Below, in pieces: positions 1 to 11,007 of a stretch of DNA of 64,000 nucleotides. The translations under genes were made by a program, and so were the position numbers. The stretch's first letter is position 1, and every line of letters starts with the position of its first letter. Below the pieces are notes generated by a model. The model had not been told where the DNA came from. It made no database searches and saw only the letters and a list, made by a program, of their open reading frames with translations. The DNA comes from Acidobacteriota bacterium (GTDB lineage: Bacteria > Acidobacteriota > UBA6911 > RPQK01 > JADFOI01), in contig OY760074.1 in the NCBI GenBank assembly GCA_963663035.1, forward strand, positions 1,376,001-1,440,000, in the 5' to 3' direction.

Positions 1-396
1 CCCTTTGAGGGAGATCGAACGCCCTGGGTGTTCCTCAACACCCCCGCTCTGGAAGGAGGCATTGCTTTCTCCGCCGATGGACGCTGGCTGGCCTACACCT
101 CCGATGAGACCGGCCAACGTGAGGTTGTGGTCCGAGCCTTTCCCGAGGCCGAGCCAGCCCATCAGGTTTCCAGGGGTGGAGGAATCGAAGTGGTCTGGCC
201 TCCCCTCAGCAAAGACCTCTTCTACCGCAACGGGAACAAGCGGATGGCGGTAGAGATCAGCACGACTCCTACCCTGACTATGGGGACCCCTCGAGTCCTG
301 TTTGAAGGGGACTTTGTCCCCAGTTCCGGCACCCGTTCCAACTGGGACGCCACCCTCGACGGCCAGCGATTCCTCATGCTCAAGAAGGTGGAGTAG
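1..396 (+). CDS. C-terminal part of a TolB/PD40 beta-propeller protein (probably a Ser/Thr kinase-WD40 fusion); 5' end lies outside the window
   Basis: Frame open from base 1; FSADGRWLAYTSDETGQREV and WDATLDGQRFLM are typical PD40-repeat motifs. Confidence 0.75.
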   Translation, partial: PFEGDRTPWVFLNTPALEGGIAFSADGRWLAYTSDETGQREVVVRAFPEAEPAHQVSRGGGIEVVWPPLSKDLFYRNGNKRMAVEISTTPTLTMGTPRVLFEGDFVPSSGTRSNWDATLDGQRFLMLKKVE

Positions 397-443
397 GCCA
401 CAATTGGCCAAATCAAGCCGCGCCTCTCAAGGGACAGCAAGCG

Positions 444-935
444 TTGATGAGTACTTCAACAGGCAAGTCCAGCACTTCACTTGACTCTCCCAAGAAATTC
501 ACAGTCAGCACATGGGAGCTGATCGTGGCCTATGGAGTTGGAACTCCTTTTGGATGTCTATTCCTTTATTTCTTTCTCTTTCCTCCCAGAAGCGATCCTT
601 TCTGGAGCCTGGCTGGCCGGGCAATCGGTCTGTTTTTCGCCTCTTGGATTTTCCATGATCTTTTGTTGGTGGCACTGACGCTCCGAATCACCGATCACGG
701 TGTCGAGGGAAAGAGCATTCTCAATACTCGAAACATTCCATGGGAAGAGATTCAAAAGATCGATGTCAAAAGGACCTACAGCTCCTACAACAGCGTGAAG
801 CTGTATATTCATGGCCGCAAGGGAAAGATACGCTTTGACCTGGGTTCAGTTGGAGGTCCTCGCTCCACCAGGGATCTCCCTCTGATTAAGAAAATCTTTG
901 AGGGTAGAGTTCCAGAGGTGCAAGCCAACTGGTGA
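444..935 (+). CDS. Hypothetical membrane protein, two TM helices plus PH-like domain
   Basis: Two hydrophobic segments followed by ITDHGV...IPWEEIQKI. Confidence 0.6.
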   Translation: MMSTSTGKSSTSLDSPKKFTVSTWELIVAYGVGTPFGCLFLYFFLFPPRSDPFWSLAGRAIGLFFASWIFHDLLLVALTLRITDHGVEGKSILNTRNIPWEEIQKIDVKRTYSSYNSVKLYIHGRKGKIRFDLGSVGGPRSTRDLPLIKKIFEGRVPEVQANW

Positions 936-958
936 GAGCAACCGGAGCAGTCCGGAGC

Positions 959-2311
959 TCAACGAATGAAACGATCACCAATCCAATCAGCAGCGTAGTC
1001 AAAGGCCCTCTTGACCGTGTCCCCGAACTCTCCTGGGGTACTTTCGCAGGCTCGGCAGGGCGTCACGCCATGTGAGGCACCCTCAATGAAGATCAAGGTT
1101 TTGTCCTGGCTGGCGGCGTGATCATAGAAAATTTCAGTGGCCACCATCCAGTAATATCCCGTCATTCCCATAATGAGAATGGGAACATGCACACCTTCCA
1201 GGTTAGCCGGGGTGGCGGTGTTTGACGAATTCCAGTCAATACCCTCAATGTCGTCTTCCGTAATAAAGTAGTCTGAGGTGGTGCGAATGGCGTGGGTGCT
1301 GAGAAAGGCTTTGACCGAATTCACCTGGGCCCCTGAAAAAGCCTCGTTACTTTCCGGGTTCAGACTGGGAACCCTCACCGAGCGCGCAATCTCCATCTTC
1401 ACCGAACCGTCCGGCTTCAAGACTGGATGGGCTCGCTTGGTACGCGACACCAGACTGAGGTCCGCCTGCCACATTCGAGCACCGGCACGACCGATGACAA
1501 AAGGTTCGTCGTCTGAATAATCCCCTGCCCCCTTCTCAATCTTCTCGAGCCGCTCCAGGGCCAGCTGAGTCAGGCGGTCCATCCTGTCCGCCTGGGCTCT
1601 AAAAAAGCGACGCTTGAACTCCTCGCTGTAAGTAGCTCCCTTGGGATCATATCCGTTGCTGGGATCAAACAAATCCAGGGAACGATTCACTTCAGCCGGA
1701 CTTTCTTCATCCACCACACTGGGATCAAGCGCCGACAACAGAATACTCCCGTAGCCAAAATGAGGGTCCCGTAAAATGACGCCATCGGCCGCTGGCAGAT
1801 CTGCAAGCTCATCCGTGCATTGCCCAATTCTCCCCGGCACCTGACAGGCCTTGACCCCGTTCTCAGCTACATTTTGATAGAAGGACATGAGAGGACCGCC
1901 CCCACTGCCGCCCAGCAGGAGGACTGTTTCAAGCCCGGGAAGCCGGCGCATGTAAGCCACAGCCGGCTTGACATCCAGTGGAAGCCGCTCCCAGATCATG
2001 TCCTCGCGACTGGAATTGACATACTGACCAGCGATACACAGCGCTCGGAACCCACGCTTTGCAAACTCGATGCAGGCAAGACTGGTGAGACGACTGCCAT
2101 TGGGATGCATGCTGATCAGCCCCACGCTCGATTCCGGACCCATCGTGGTTGGCGTATACAACAGGCCATAGGTCTGCGCTCTGAGAGGCACGTACTCGGT
2201 TGTATATTCGGGAGCTTGGGCCAATCCCACCATCTGGGCAAAGGCAGCCAGGGCCAAGACTACAGCCAACGTTGGAGGGTTCCGCGCAGACGAATTATTT
2301 TTTTTATTCAT
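959..2311 (-). CDS. Secreted alpha/beta hydrolase
   Basis: Signal peptide, GGSGGG nucleophile elbow, C-terminal GASH; GGAGG RBS before the ATG at 2311. Confidence 0.8.
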   Translation of the reverse strand: MNKKNNSSARNPPTLAVVLALAAFAQMVGLAQAPEYTTEYVPLRAQTYGLLYTPTTMGPESSVGLISMHPNGSRLTSLACIEFAKRGFRALCIAGQYVNSSREDMIWERLPLDVKPAVAYMRRLPGLETVLLLGGSGGGPLMSFYQNVAENGVKACQVPGRIGQCTDELADLPAADGVILRDPHFGYGSILLSALDPSVVDEESPAEVNRSLDLFDPSNGYDPKGATYSEEFKRRFFRAQADRMDRLTQLALERLEKIEKGAGDYSDDEPFVIGRAGARMWQADLSLVSRTKRAHPVLKPDGSVKMEIARSVRVPSLNPESNEAFSGAQVNSVKAFLSTHAIRTTSDYFITEDDIEGIDWNSSNTATPANLEGVHVPILIMGMTGYYWMVATEIFYDHAASQDKTLIFIEGASHGVTPCRACESTPGEFGDTVKRAFDYAADWIGDRFIR

Positions 2312-2354
2312 TTCTCCTCCAAATTCCCGAAAGGGGCACAAGTGCTTCCGGCGC

Positions 2355-4748
2355 TCACGGTTCAAGGTTCATCCGCCGCAGCAGGTCAGCGAAGCGAGGG
2401 TCGTCGCGGAGGGGGTCCCAGCGGGAGTGGTTTTTAATATAAGGCAAATCTGCCACTCGTGCCTGGTAAGCTCTCTCCAACCATTCAAATGCCTGATCGG
2501 TTTCACCAAGTCCCGCGTAAATCCAGGCAAAAGTGTTTTCTGGGACATATTCTTGTTTCGCTCTTTCGGTCTCGTAAAGAAGCACCCATCGCAAAGCACT
2601 CTCTGCACCTGAGGCAGCTGCATCTGGGAGCCCTGCTAACTCTTCTGGGCTGGCTCCTCCAAGAATCCACTCCCGCTGCCACGCTGCAGCTGCTTCTTGG
2701 TACAGACCCATGTCAACATAGAGTCCCCCCAAACAGCTATAGGCCCGTTGGAAGTTCGGATCCATATCCAATGCTGACTGACAAATTTCAATTCCTTCCT
2801 CGTATCGACGTGCACTGCGAAAATAAAAACCTAACGCAACTGCAGTGGCCAGGTTGAGGGGATCAAGCTGCTGGGCGCGTTTGCCCAGAGCAATGGCCTC
2901 GTCGTGGCGTCCCATCAACGACATGAGCAAGGCGTACCCACGATTCGCCGCGTAAGAACTCGGATCGAGTTCCATGGCCAGCTTAAGTTCTCTTTCGGAT
3001 CCCGCCCAATCCCACTGGGAGAGACGCTTGACATCTCCCATTGTCGCGTGAGCTTCAGCAAGCGTGTTGTCAATCTCTAGTGCCTTCATCGCCAGCTCCT
3101 CCACTTTGGGCATGGTCTCCAGTGCGGGAAGTACTCCAATGGGGAGGATAAGCCTGTAGTAGGATCTGGACAATGCGGAATAGGCTTGAGCATAGTTTGG
3201 ATCTATCTGGATTGCTTCTTCAAAATGCTGAATCGCCTTCATGTGACTGTCTGCGCTATTCTTTGCTTGTTGAAATTTCCCCTGGAGATAGGCTTGGTGC
3301 GCTTCGCTGTTTTCGGTGTAGCGTTTGCTTAGTCTTTCCCCCTCTTCTCCCGTCAACTGGACACCCAAAGCATCGGCAATTTGCTTGCTGAGGGTTTCTT
3401 CCAGTTCAAAAACGGCAGATCGCGGTTCTGTGTAAGTTTCACCCCAGACAGTGCTGTTGTTTTCCCCATCGATCAATTCAACATTGATCCTGATGTTCTC
3501 GCCTAACTGCACCATACTTCCGATCACTACGGCTCGAACATCAACCTCCTGTGCGACCGTCTGTGGGTTGACTTCTTTGTCTTTGTAACCCCTCAACGAT
3601 GCACTGGAGATAACCTTGTTCAGACCAGACAGTTGGGAGAGTCGGTTGATTATGCCCTCGGCAATCCCGTCACTCACATATTCCAACTCAGGATCACCAC
3701 TTCGGTTCTCAAAAGGTAGCACAGCTATAGAATCGATGGGTTCTGCTGGAGGAGCGGCAGTGAAAGGCCAGAACAAGGCCAGAGGCAACAGAACAAGAAC
3801 CACGACTCCTCCAGCCACCACGGGCCATACGTAACTCCGCCTGGCGGAAGTCGCTGCCGCTACGGCTGTGGTGGCGACTGACTCCCCTGAGGTATCTCTT
3901 TTGAGCCGCTTGAGGTCGGTGAACAGATCCTTGGCGGACTGACAACGAATCTCGCTGTCTTTTTCCAGGGACTTGTTGATGATGCGCTCGAGTTCATCCG
4001 GCACATCGGGATTGAGACGCACTGGAGAAGTGGGGGCTTTGGTCAGAATCTCGGTAAACACAATCTCAGTGGTGTTTCCCTGGAAGGGCAAACTCCCCGT
4101 CGCCATCTCATACAACACCACGCCCAGCGAGAACAGATCCGTCCGGGCATCCAGTTCCTCACCCCTGGCCTGCTCAGGAGACATATAAGCCACCGTCCCC
4201 AAAGCCGTCCCTGGGCTGGTGAGAGCCTCCTCCGACACCTGAGCCGTGGGCATCTTCGAGTCCACTTCCGTTGGCTCCTGGGTCAGCTTGGCCAGTCCAA
4301 AGTCCAGCACCTTGGCGTCACCTCCCTGGGTGATGAAGATGTTGCCCGGCTTGATGTCTCTGTGGACGATGCCCTTGGAGTGAGCGGCATCCAGCGCATC
4401 GGCAATTTGAATCCCCAGGTCCAAAAGCTCATCCGTTGGCATGGAGCGGCCCTGGATGCGGTGCTTTAGCGTTTGGCCTTCCAGGAACTCCATCACAATG
4501 AAGGGCTGACCCTCGTGATCGCCGATGTCGTGGATGGTGCAGATGTTGGGATGATTGAGTGCCGATGCTGCTCTGGCCTCTCGCTGGAAACGATCCAATG
4601 CCTGTTGATTCTGGGCAAACTTCTCGGGCAGAAACTTCAGGGCCACATTGCGACCCAACCTGGTGTCCTCGGCCCTGTAGACCACACCCATCCCACCGCC
4701 GCCCAGCTTCTCCAGGATCTTGTAGTGGGATATGGTTTGGCCGATCAT
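2355..4748 (-). CDS. Hanks-type Ser/Thr protein kinase with TM helix, TolB-N-like domain and TPR repeats
   Basis: [30 protein letters not shown]; SIAVLPFEN; TPRs; DPLRDDPRF tail. Confidence 0.95.
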   Translation of the reverse strand: MIGQTISHYKILEKLGGGGMGVVYRAEDTRLGRNVALKFLPEKFAQNQQALDRFQREARAASALNHPNICTIHDIGDHEGQPFIVMEFLEGQTLKHRIQGRSMPTDELLDLGIQIADALDAAHSKGIVHRDIKPGNIFITQGGDAKVLDFGLAKLTQEPTEVDSKMPTAQVSEEALTSPGTALGTVAYMSPEQARGEELDARTDLFSLGVVLYEMATGSLPFQGNTTEIVFTEILTKAPTSPVRLNPDVPDELERIINKSLEKDSEIRCQSAKDLFTDLKRLKRDTSGESVATTAVAAATSARRSYVWPVVAGGVVVLVLLPLALFWPFTAAPPAEPIDSIAVLPFENRSGDPELEYVSDGIAEGIINRLSQLSGLNKVISSASLRGYKDKEVNPQTVAQEVDVRAVVIGSMVQLGENIRINVELIDGENNSTVWGETYTEPRSAVFELEETLSKQIADALGVQLTGEEGERLSKRYTENSEAHQAYLQGKFQQAKNSADSHMKAIQHFEEAIQIDPNYAQAYSALSRSYYRLILPIGVLPALETMPKVEELAMKALEIDNTLAEAHATMGDVKRLSQWDWAGSERELKLAMELDPSSYAANRGYALLMSLMGRHDEAIALGKRAQQLDPLNLATAVALGFYFRSARRYEEGIEICQSALDMDPNFQRAYSCLGGLYVDMGLYQEAAAAWQREWILGGASPEELAGLPDAAASGAESALRWVLLYETERAKQEYVPENTFAWIYAGLGETDQAFEWLERAYQARVADLPYIKNHSRWDPLRDDPRFADLLRRMNLEP

Positions 4749-4918
4749 TTTTGGACTCCCCCTCAAGGCGGGTGTGATTCGTCCTAGATGTTAAGCCTTT
4801 AGGGATATGAAGGCAATGGGAGAAAGAAATCAACCTGGATCGACCAAAACTTCTGGGCAAAGAATTGGCTACCAGTGACGAAATAAGATATTAATAGGCC
4901 ACTCGCGAAAGGAGAACT

Positions 4919-7084
4919 ATGGCTTTCAGACCCTCTTTCGTGTCGGGGTTGACGCTTCTTCTGGTATGCCTGCAGTTTTGGCCTCAAGGGCTGGCTGCCG
5001 ATCGAGCGGTTCGCGCCCGCTGGATGGAGGAAACCATCACCCTGGATGGTGTTCTCAGCGAAGCCCCTTGGCAGTTGGCTGAGCCGGCCACCGACTTCAT
5101 CCAGTCTGAACCCAGCCAGGGAGAGCCCTCAAGCCAACGCACCGAGGTCCGCATCCTTTTTGATTCGGATAACCTCTATTTTGGTGTCAACTGTTTTGAC
5201 AGCAACCCTCAGGGGATCGTATCCAACAGCCTCAGACGCGATTTTTCTCCAGGAGATGAGGACACCTTTGAGATTTTGCTGGATACCTTCGCCAGCTCGC
5301 GGGATGGCTTTCTGTTCGTGTTCAATCCCCGCGGTGCCAAGAGAGACGTCCAGATCACCAATGAGGGAAGGGAGAGCAATGTCAGTTGGGACGCCATCTG
5401 GGAAATCAAAACCCACATCAATGAACAGGGCTGGACGGCTGAAATCCTGATTCCCATCAAGACGCTTCGCTACAGCAAGACCCCCCAAGGTGCCTGGCGG
5501 ATAAACTTCGGAAGGCAAATCCGTCGCAACAACGAGAGAAGCTACTGGTCTGAGCTTCCCCGCCGATTCAACATCACGCGGGTTAGTCTGGCCGGAGAGC
5601 TCCTGGGGATGACCCAAAGTGAGATCCAACCCGGTCGCAACCTCTCCCTCGTTCCTTACGTCGCGAGCAACCTGACTCACCAGGATTCCGATACCACTTC
5701 CACTTCCGATGTAGGCGTCGACCTCAAATATGGACTGACCTCCAGTCTGACCCTGGATCTGACCTACAACACAGATTTCTCGCACGTGGAAGTCGATCAA
5801 CAGCAGGTGAATCTGGATCGATTCCGAATCAGCTTCCCCGAGAAGCGAGACTTCTTTCTAGAGAACATGGGGCTTTTTGAAATCGGCAGCGTTAGACTAC
5901 AGACATCGGGAATACCGGACCCGGAGGATATAAAACTCTTTTACAGCCGACGCGTCGGACTGACACTGGCCAGGCGTCCCGTTCCCATTCTGGGCGGAGC
6001 TCGTTTGACGGGTCGAGCGGGTCCCTATGAACTGGGATTTATCAACATTCAGACGGAAGAAGCGCAAGGGCAGGGACCGGAGAATAACTCGGTCCTGAGG
6101 GTGAAGAGGGATATCCTGACGCGTTCCTGGCTGGGGGGCTTTTACCTCAATCGGCAGGGGCGCGACCGTGAAACCAATCAAGTCTACGGAGTGGATGGAC
6201 TGTATCGGCCGCGAGACGATCTCGTTTTGAATTCCTTGTTTGTGCAGACCAAGACTCCCGGCATAGAGGATGATGATTGGGCTTTTCGCGTTGAGGGGCT
6301 CTATGATGCAAGGTGGTTAAGGCTGGGAGGCACTCACGCCACGGTCCAGGATGATTATCGGGATGATCTGGGTTTTGCTGCGCGCACGGGGGTGAATATT
6401 GAACGCCTGGAAACGCGTCCTCGCATTCGTCCCTGGGAAGGCCGGATGATTCGGGAGATCAACCCGGTGCTCAACATTCGCTATATCACGGACTCGCAAG
6501 GCCGGCTCATCACCCGAAAACAGAGCATTGGGCTTGAATTTACCTTCCAGAATGGAACTCTCATACGCTACCGTCACCGCACTTATTTTGATCGGCTGGA
6601 TGAGGATTTTGAAATCCGAAACAACATCATCGTCCCCTTGGCGGATTATAATTACAGCGAAGATGGCCTCGAGTTCACCAGTGACCGAAGTCGCGCCCTC
6701 TCCGGGAGATTCACCTTTTATGATGGAAGCTTCTGGAACGGGGACAAGAAGAGCTTTCTAGCCGACGCTCGATATCGGCCCAATGGTCATGTCAGTACTT
6801 CATTCACTTTTACACGTAGTGACGTGAGCTTGCCGGGAGGAGATTTCCAGGTCGATCAACTTCGCTTCCGGCTCCAATATGCTTTCAATACCCGGACCTT
6901 CCTCGACACGTTTATTCAATACGACAGTGAAGACCGCGAAATCACCTCGAATGTGCGCTTCAACCTGATCCACCATTCTCTGAGTGATCTTTTCATCGTT
7001 TATACGGAGGAGAATCCCACTACCAGCGGGGCCAGCACCGATCGGGTTCTTTCCCTCAAGTACGCACATCTGTTGGGTTTCTAA
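4919..7084 (+). CDS. CBM9-like / DUF5916 domain protein (probable outer-membrane hydrolase-like)
   Basis: Signal peptide, LDGVLSE..W, TYNTDFSHVEVD, FPEKRDFFLE, FYSRRVG, C-terminal F. Confidence 0.85.
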   Translation: MAFRPSFVSGLTLLLVCLQFWPQGLAADRAVRARWMEETITLDGVLSEAPWQLAEPATDFIQSEPSQGEPSSQRTEVRILFDSDNLYFGVNCFDSNPQGIVSNSLRRDFSPGDEDTFEILLDTFASSRDGFLFVFNPRGAKRDVQITNEGRESNVSWDAIWEIKTHINEQGWTAEILIPIKTLRYSKTPQGAWRINFGRQIRRNNERSYWSELPRRFNITRVSLAGELLGMTQSEIQPGRNLSLVPYVASNLTHQDSDTTSTSDVGVDLKYGLTSSLTLDLTYNTDFSHVEVDQQQVNLDRFRISFPEKRDFFLENMGLFEIGSVRLQTSGIPDPEDIKLFYSRRVGLTLARRPVPILGGARLTGRAGPYELGFINIQTEEAQGQGPENNSVLRVKRDILTRSWLGGFYLNRQGRDRETNQVYGVDGLYRPRDDLVLNSLFVQTKTPGIEDDDWAFRVEGLYDARWLRLGGTHATVQDDYRDDLGFAARTGVNIERLETRPRIRPWEGRMIREINPVLNIRYITDSQGRLITRKQSIGLEFTFQNGTLIRYRHRTYFDRLDEDFEIRNNIIVPLADYNYSEDGLEFTSDRSRALSGRFTFYDGSFWNGDKKSFLADARYRPNGHVSTSFTFTRSDVSLPGGDFQVDQLRFRLQYAFNTRTFLDTFIQYDSEDREITSNVRFNLIHHSLSDLFIVYTEENPTTSGASTDRVLSLKYAHLLGF

Positions 7085-7169
7085 GCCTTGCAAAGGCTGG
7101 TTTCCCCCTCACGCTATCCGGTTTGCCTTTAACCTCCTGCAGGTTTATCATTTAGGGAGATTGAGGTTT

Positions 7170-8624
7170 ATGTCTAAAAGAATCTTAGTATCTGTTTCCA
7201 CTATGGGGATTGCTTTTCTGACCTATGGCCTTGTCACGGCCCTTGCCGTCTCCTCTCCTCTTCAAATGCCAGAAAACAGCGACCTCAACATCAGGCTTCC
7301 TGATGGCGAAGGGAAAGATAACACGGAGGCCAATTGCACGATCTGCCATGATTTAGAGCGCATCGTCAACCAGCGGAAGAGTCCAGAGGCCTGGCAAGCA
7401 ACCGTGTCGGACATGCTGGGAAGGATTGCCGCGGGAATGGACGAGGAAACCGACCTCATCTCCAAATATCTGGCCACCCACTTCGGCGTTGTCACATCGA
7501 GCACTTTGAGCCAGATTGCCTCCCTCTTGAAGCAAAGCGATAGGCTGGCGGCAGAAAGTCTGATTCGAGAAAGCGCTGAACCCCTGGGTGAGGAGTTAAA
7601 CAAGATTCTGGCCGACATGGATCGTGGCTTTGACGAGCTGGGTAGACAAAAAGCCCGTTACGATGTCTTGCTGGAAAAATTCACTCAATTCGAAGCGACA
7701 TGGATGCCCAGTGAAGAGGTGTTTCAGCTCTTCTCCAGGGTTACCGAACAACCCGGCTACTCCCAGCATTTTCAGGCCAAGCGACTGCGCATTGAAGGAG
7801 CGAAACACACGACAACGGCTGATTTTCTCTGGGATCGCCAGGAATATGAAGAAGCGCTTCAAGAGTACAGCGAGGCGATCAGAAAGTTACGATTTGCAAT
7901 TCCCTTAGCAGAAGCCGTCAGCAACCAAAAACTGGTGGCTGCCTGTTTAACCAACATCGGCTACGCTGCAATCTACTCGGGGAACGCTGCTGAAGGCCTG
8001 ACCACCTATTCCCAGGCCCTCAAGATTGCCGAAGAGAGGGAGGACGATCTTTTCAGGGGAATGTACTTGCTGAACCTGGGAACATTCCATTTGTACACGC
8101 TTCAGCCTGAGGAAGCATTGCAGTACGCACTGTCGTCCGCTGAGATGAATCGAAAAACCGGCCGCAGGACCTGGGAATCCAATGCCCTCTTGAATGTGGG
8201 AGTAGCCTATCTAGCCCTGGGTAAGCGTGAAGAGTCTCACAGCTATTTGGATAAGGCTTTACTCAAAGCACAGGAAGCCAAGGATCGCCGCAGCGAGGGA
8301 AGGATTTTGTTCAACTTGGCTCTTGTAACGACACAATCCGACCGATTGGAGGAAGCGGCAAGCTTTACTGAACGAGCCCTGGAATGGTATTCACAGTACC
8401 CTGAAGTGTACAACCAGGCCGAGCACACAATGATTCACTATCATGGCCTGCATCTTCTGAGCAGCCTACACGGGAAACTGAGAAACAGTGAAAAGGCAGC
8501 TGACTATCGGGTCCAGGCCCAAGAACTGGCCAGCAAGGATCCGCTGAAATTCGCCACTTACCTGGCCGATCCCCACCTCAATTTCGCCAAGTGGGACGAA
8601 TTCAAAAAGAAATTCATGGACTAG
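7170..8624 (+). CDS. Exported c-type cytochrome fused to TPR repeats
   Basis: N-terminal hydrophobic helix, LPDGEGK...CTICH heme motif, W..TV..M, then about five TPR repeats. Confidence 0.75.
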   Translation: MSKRILVSVSTMGIAFLTYGLVTALAVSSPLQMPENSDLNIRLPDGEGKDNTEANCTICHDLERIVNQRKSPEAWQATVSDMLGRIAAGMDEETDLISKYLATHFGVVTSSTLSQIASLLKQSDRLAAESLIRESAEPLGEELNKILADMDRGFDELGRQKARYDVLLEKFTQFEATWMPSEEVFQLFSRVTEQPGYSQHFQAKRLRIEGAKHTTTADFLWDRQEYEEALQEYSEAIRKLRFAIPLAEAVSNQKLVAACLTNIGYAAIYSGNAAEGLTTYSQALKIAEEREDDLFRGMYLLNLGTFHLYTLQPEEALQYALSSAEMNRKTGRRTWESNALLNVGVAYLALGKREESHSYLDKALLKAQEAKDRRSEGRILFNLALVTTQSDRLEEAASFTERALEWYSQYPEVYNQAEHTMIHYHGLHLLSSLHGKLRNSEKAADYRVQAQELASKDPLKFATYLADPHLNFAKWDEFKKKFMD

Positions 8625-9469
8625 CCGGAGCCTCTGACCAAGAGTTGCTGACGATTTTCGTAGTTTCCGACGCCACTGGCGAAACAGCGGAGCGGGTGGT
8701 TCGATCCGCTCTCGTCCAATTCGAAGAGGCCCACGCCACCGTCATCCGGCGTGGGCGTATTGGCACGCCAGAACAGCTCTGCGCCGTGGTTCAGGAAGCG
8801 GCCGGCCGTGATTCCCTAATTCTTCATACCTTGGTTTCGGACGAACTGCGTCACCTGATACTGGCTGAATCCCGTTCCCAGGGGGTAGATACGATGGACC
8901 TGCTGGGCCCGGTGCTGGATCGTCTGGCCACACACCTGAGGCTGACACCGCAAGAGAAGCCCGGGCTCTTCAAACAGTTGGTCGAGGCCAGGTCGAGACA
9001 GTTCGAGGCGGTGGACTTCGCCTTTCATCACGACGATGGACAGCAGGCGGACGAACTTAGCCATGCGGAAGTCGTCCTGGTCGGTATCTCCCGAACGATG
9101 AAGACGCCAACCACGCTGTACCTCGGCTACCAGGGCTGGTTTGTCGGAAACGTGCCCATTGTCCCCGAGCTCCCTCTCCCCCCGGCGCTGCTATCCTTGC
9201 CCTCCGAACGGGTCATTTGTCTTGTCATGAACCCCAGACGGCTGCTGGAACTACGGCGTGTCCGGGCTGATTACCTGGGGATTCCTGCCGAGCCGTACGC
9301 CTCACTGGAGAGCATCCAGAAAGAGCTTCGACACTCTCAGCAGGTGCGTGTCAGTCACGGCTGGCGACAGATCGACGTTACCGGTAAGTCGGTTGAGGAG
9401 CTGGCCCGAGAGATCGTGGTTCTCCTCCCGGCTGGAGACCAAAGACGCAAGCCTGGATTTCAAGGTTAG
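8591..9469 (+). CDS. ppsR: PEP synthase/pyruvate phosphate dikinase regulatory protein (kinase/pyrophosphorylase, DUF299)
   Basis: VSDATGETAE, HDDG, GISRTMKTPT, IDVTGKSVEE motifs; true start may be ~8645. Confidence 0.88.
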   Translation: MGRIQKEIHGLAGASDQELLTIFVVSDATGETAERVVRSALVQFEEAHATVIRRGRIGTPEQLCAVVQEAAGRDSLILHTLVSDELRHLILAESRSQGVDTMDLLGPVLDRLATHLRLTPQEKPGLFKQLVEARSRQFEAVDFAFHHDDGQQADELSHAEVVLVGISRTMKTPTTLYLGYQGWFVGNVPIVPELPLPPALLSLPSERVICLVMNPRRLLELRRVRADYLGIPAEPYASLESIQKELRHSQQVRVSHGWRQIDVTGKSVEELAREIVVLLPAGDQRRKPGFQG

Positions 9470-9536
9470 CCCACGGAAGGAAACGCGTGATCTGTTTTTT
9501 ATCGCTAGAGCAAATGACTAACAGTAGGAGAAAGAA

Positions 9537-9860
9537 ATGCCCCAATACATGATTTCTTACCTGGGCGGCGATAAGCCGTCTAGCCCAGAGGAAGGTAAGC
9601 AACATATGGCGAAATATAGAGCTTGGTTATCTTCATTGGGCGACTCAGCAGTGAGTCCTGCTAATCCGCTTAAGGATACGAGCACAGTAAACTCTGATGG
9701 TTCTGTTACCACTGGAAGCACAACGTCAATGTCTGGTTTCACAATCATTGAAACTGATCCTATGGAGGCGGCACTGCTGATTGCACAGGGTTGCCCTTTT
9801 CTTGATGTTGGCGGTTCACTTGAGGTGTCAGAGTTAATACAGATGCCAGGCCAAAAATAA
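9537..9860 (+). CDS. YCII-related protein
   Basis: SGFTII...A..IAQGCPFL..GGSLEVSE; AGGAG RBS. Confidence 0.75.
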   Translation: MPQYMISYLGGDKPSSPEEGKQHMAKYRAWLSSLGDSAVSPANPLKDTSTVNSDGSVTTGSTTSMSGFTIIETDPMEAALLIAQGCPFLDVGGSLEVSELIQMPGQK

Positions 9861-9882
9861 ACATACTAATAGGAGGATAGCG

Positions 9883-10188
9883 ATGAAGTACATGATCAGC
9901 TGGTTCGAACGTCCGCAAGGTTCGCCTGTGGAGTACGAGAATGCCCAAAAGCGGATACTTGAGGTGTTCGGTCAATGGAAGGCGCCCGCCGGATTCAAGA
10001 TCGAATTGTTCGTTGTGCGAGTGGGCGAGTGGGGTGGGCACATGTTAGTGGACTGCGACGATCCGTTGGCCGTTCACAAGTTCTGCTCGACGTACCCGGC
10101 CTTCGAATGCCAGGCGCGACCCGTGATTCCCGTCGAAGACGCAGTCCGGGTCGAACTCGAAGCCATCGCCTGGCGCGACGGACTGTAA
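9883..10188 (+). CDS. DUF3303-like protein
   Basis: MKYMISW...GGHMLVDCDD...PVIPVEDA; AGGAGG RBS. Confidence 0.7.
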   Translation: MKYMISWFERPQGSPVEYENAQKRILEVFGQWKAPAGFKIELFVVRVGEWGGHMLVDCDDPLAVHKFCSTYPAFECQARPVIPVEDAVRVELEAIAWRDGL

Positions 10189-10227
10189 CACAGCTAACAT
10201 CCGAGAAAATCACATCGGACAAACGTC

Positions 10228-10905
10228 ATGAGCACGAGCGTTGCGAAGCCCGTTAAGGTGGCGATCATCGGCGCCAGCGGAACCTACGGCGAGGGGATCC
10301 TCGCCCGGGCCGAGGAGATCGGTATCGAGGCGGTGGTGGTCACGCGGTCGCCGCACAAGTTCAAAGACGTGAAGCCGACGACTACAGTGGTCAACGCGCA
10401 GCTGGATGAAGAGGAGAAGTTGAAGGAGGTGCTTGCGGGCTGCGATGGCGTCATCTCGGCACTCGGCGATGACAGGAAGAAGCGTCCGAAGACGCACAAT
10501 CTTCCGCACCTCTGGAACGCCATGAAGGCTGCCGGCGTGACCAAGTATGTCGGCATGGGCTCCGGACCGATGATGATGCCGGGCGAGAAGCGTGGAGGGT
10601 TCCAGCGCACCGTGCACCCCCTGCTGAGCCTAATGAAGCTCTTTGGGGTAGACATGCTGGAACAGAACGAGTGGGAACGCGACAGCCTGCTCATGGGCAA
10701 GAACGGCGCGGACGGCATCACCTGGGTGCTCACCAGACCGGTGCGGCCGACCAAGACGCCCTTTGTCGGAGCCTACGTGCACAAGGACAGGCGCGGCCCC
10801 ATCAACTGCTCGATCTACGACCACGGCGACTTCTGCTTGTACTGCGTGGCCTCGAGCGAGTGGGACAAGCTTGCGCCCCATGTCAGCTCCGGGCCGACTC
10901 CCTAA
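10228..10905 (+). CDS. NAD(P)H-binding (flavin reductase/BVR-B-like) oxidoreductase
   Basis: IIGASGTYG Rossmann motif, DGVISALG, WVLTRP. Confidence 0.85.
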   Translation: MSTSVAKPVKVAIIGASGTYGEGILARAEEIGIEAVVVTRSPHKFKDVKPTTTVVNAQLDEEEKLKEVLAGCDGVISALGDDRKKRPKTHNLPHLWNAMKAAGVTKYVGMGSGPMMMPGEKRGGFQRTVHPLLSLMKLFGVDMLEQNEWERDSLLMGKNGADGITWVLTRPVRPTKTPFVGAYVHKDRRGPINCSIYDHGDFCLYCVASSEWDKLAPHVSSGPTP

Positions 10906-11007
10906 CAAGCCACTGGCAGGATTTTCTGCTATGTCTGCTTGCGTCTTCTGCGGACAACCAGGATATTATGCTGATCAACATCAACATTCGGGGAAGGAGA
11001 ATTCATC

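Noticed and set aside
10899-10925. CCCTAACAAGCCACTG attC-like start after the oxidoreductase
   Set aside because: No matching L'/R' arm or GTTRRRY at a suitable distance, and no integrase.
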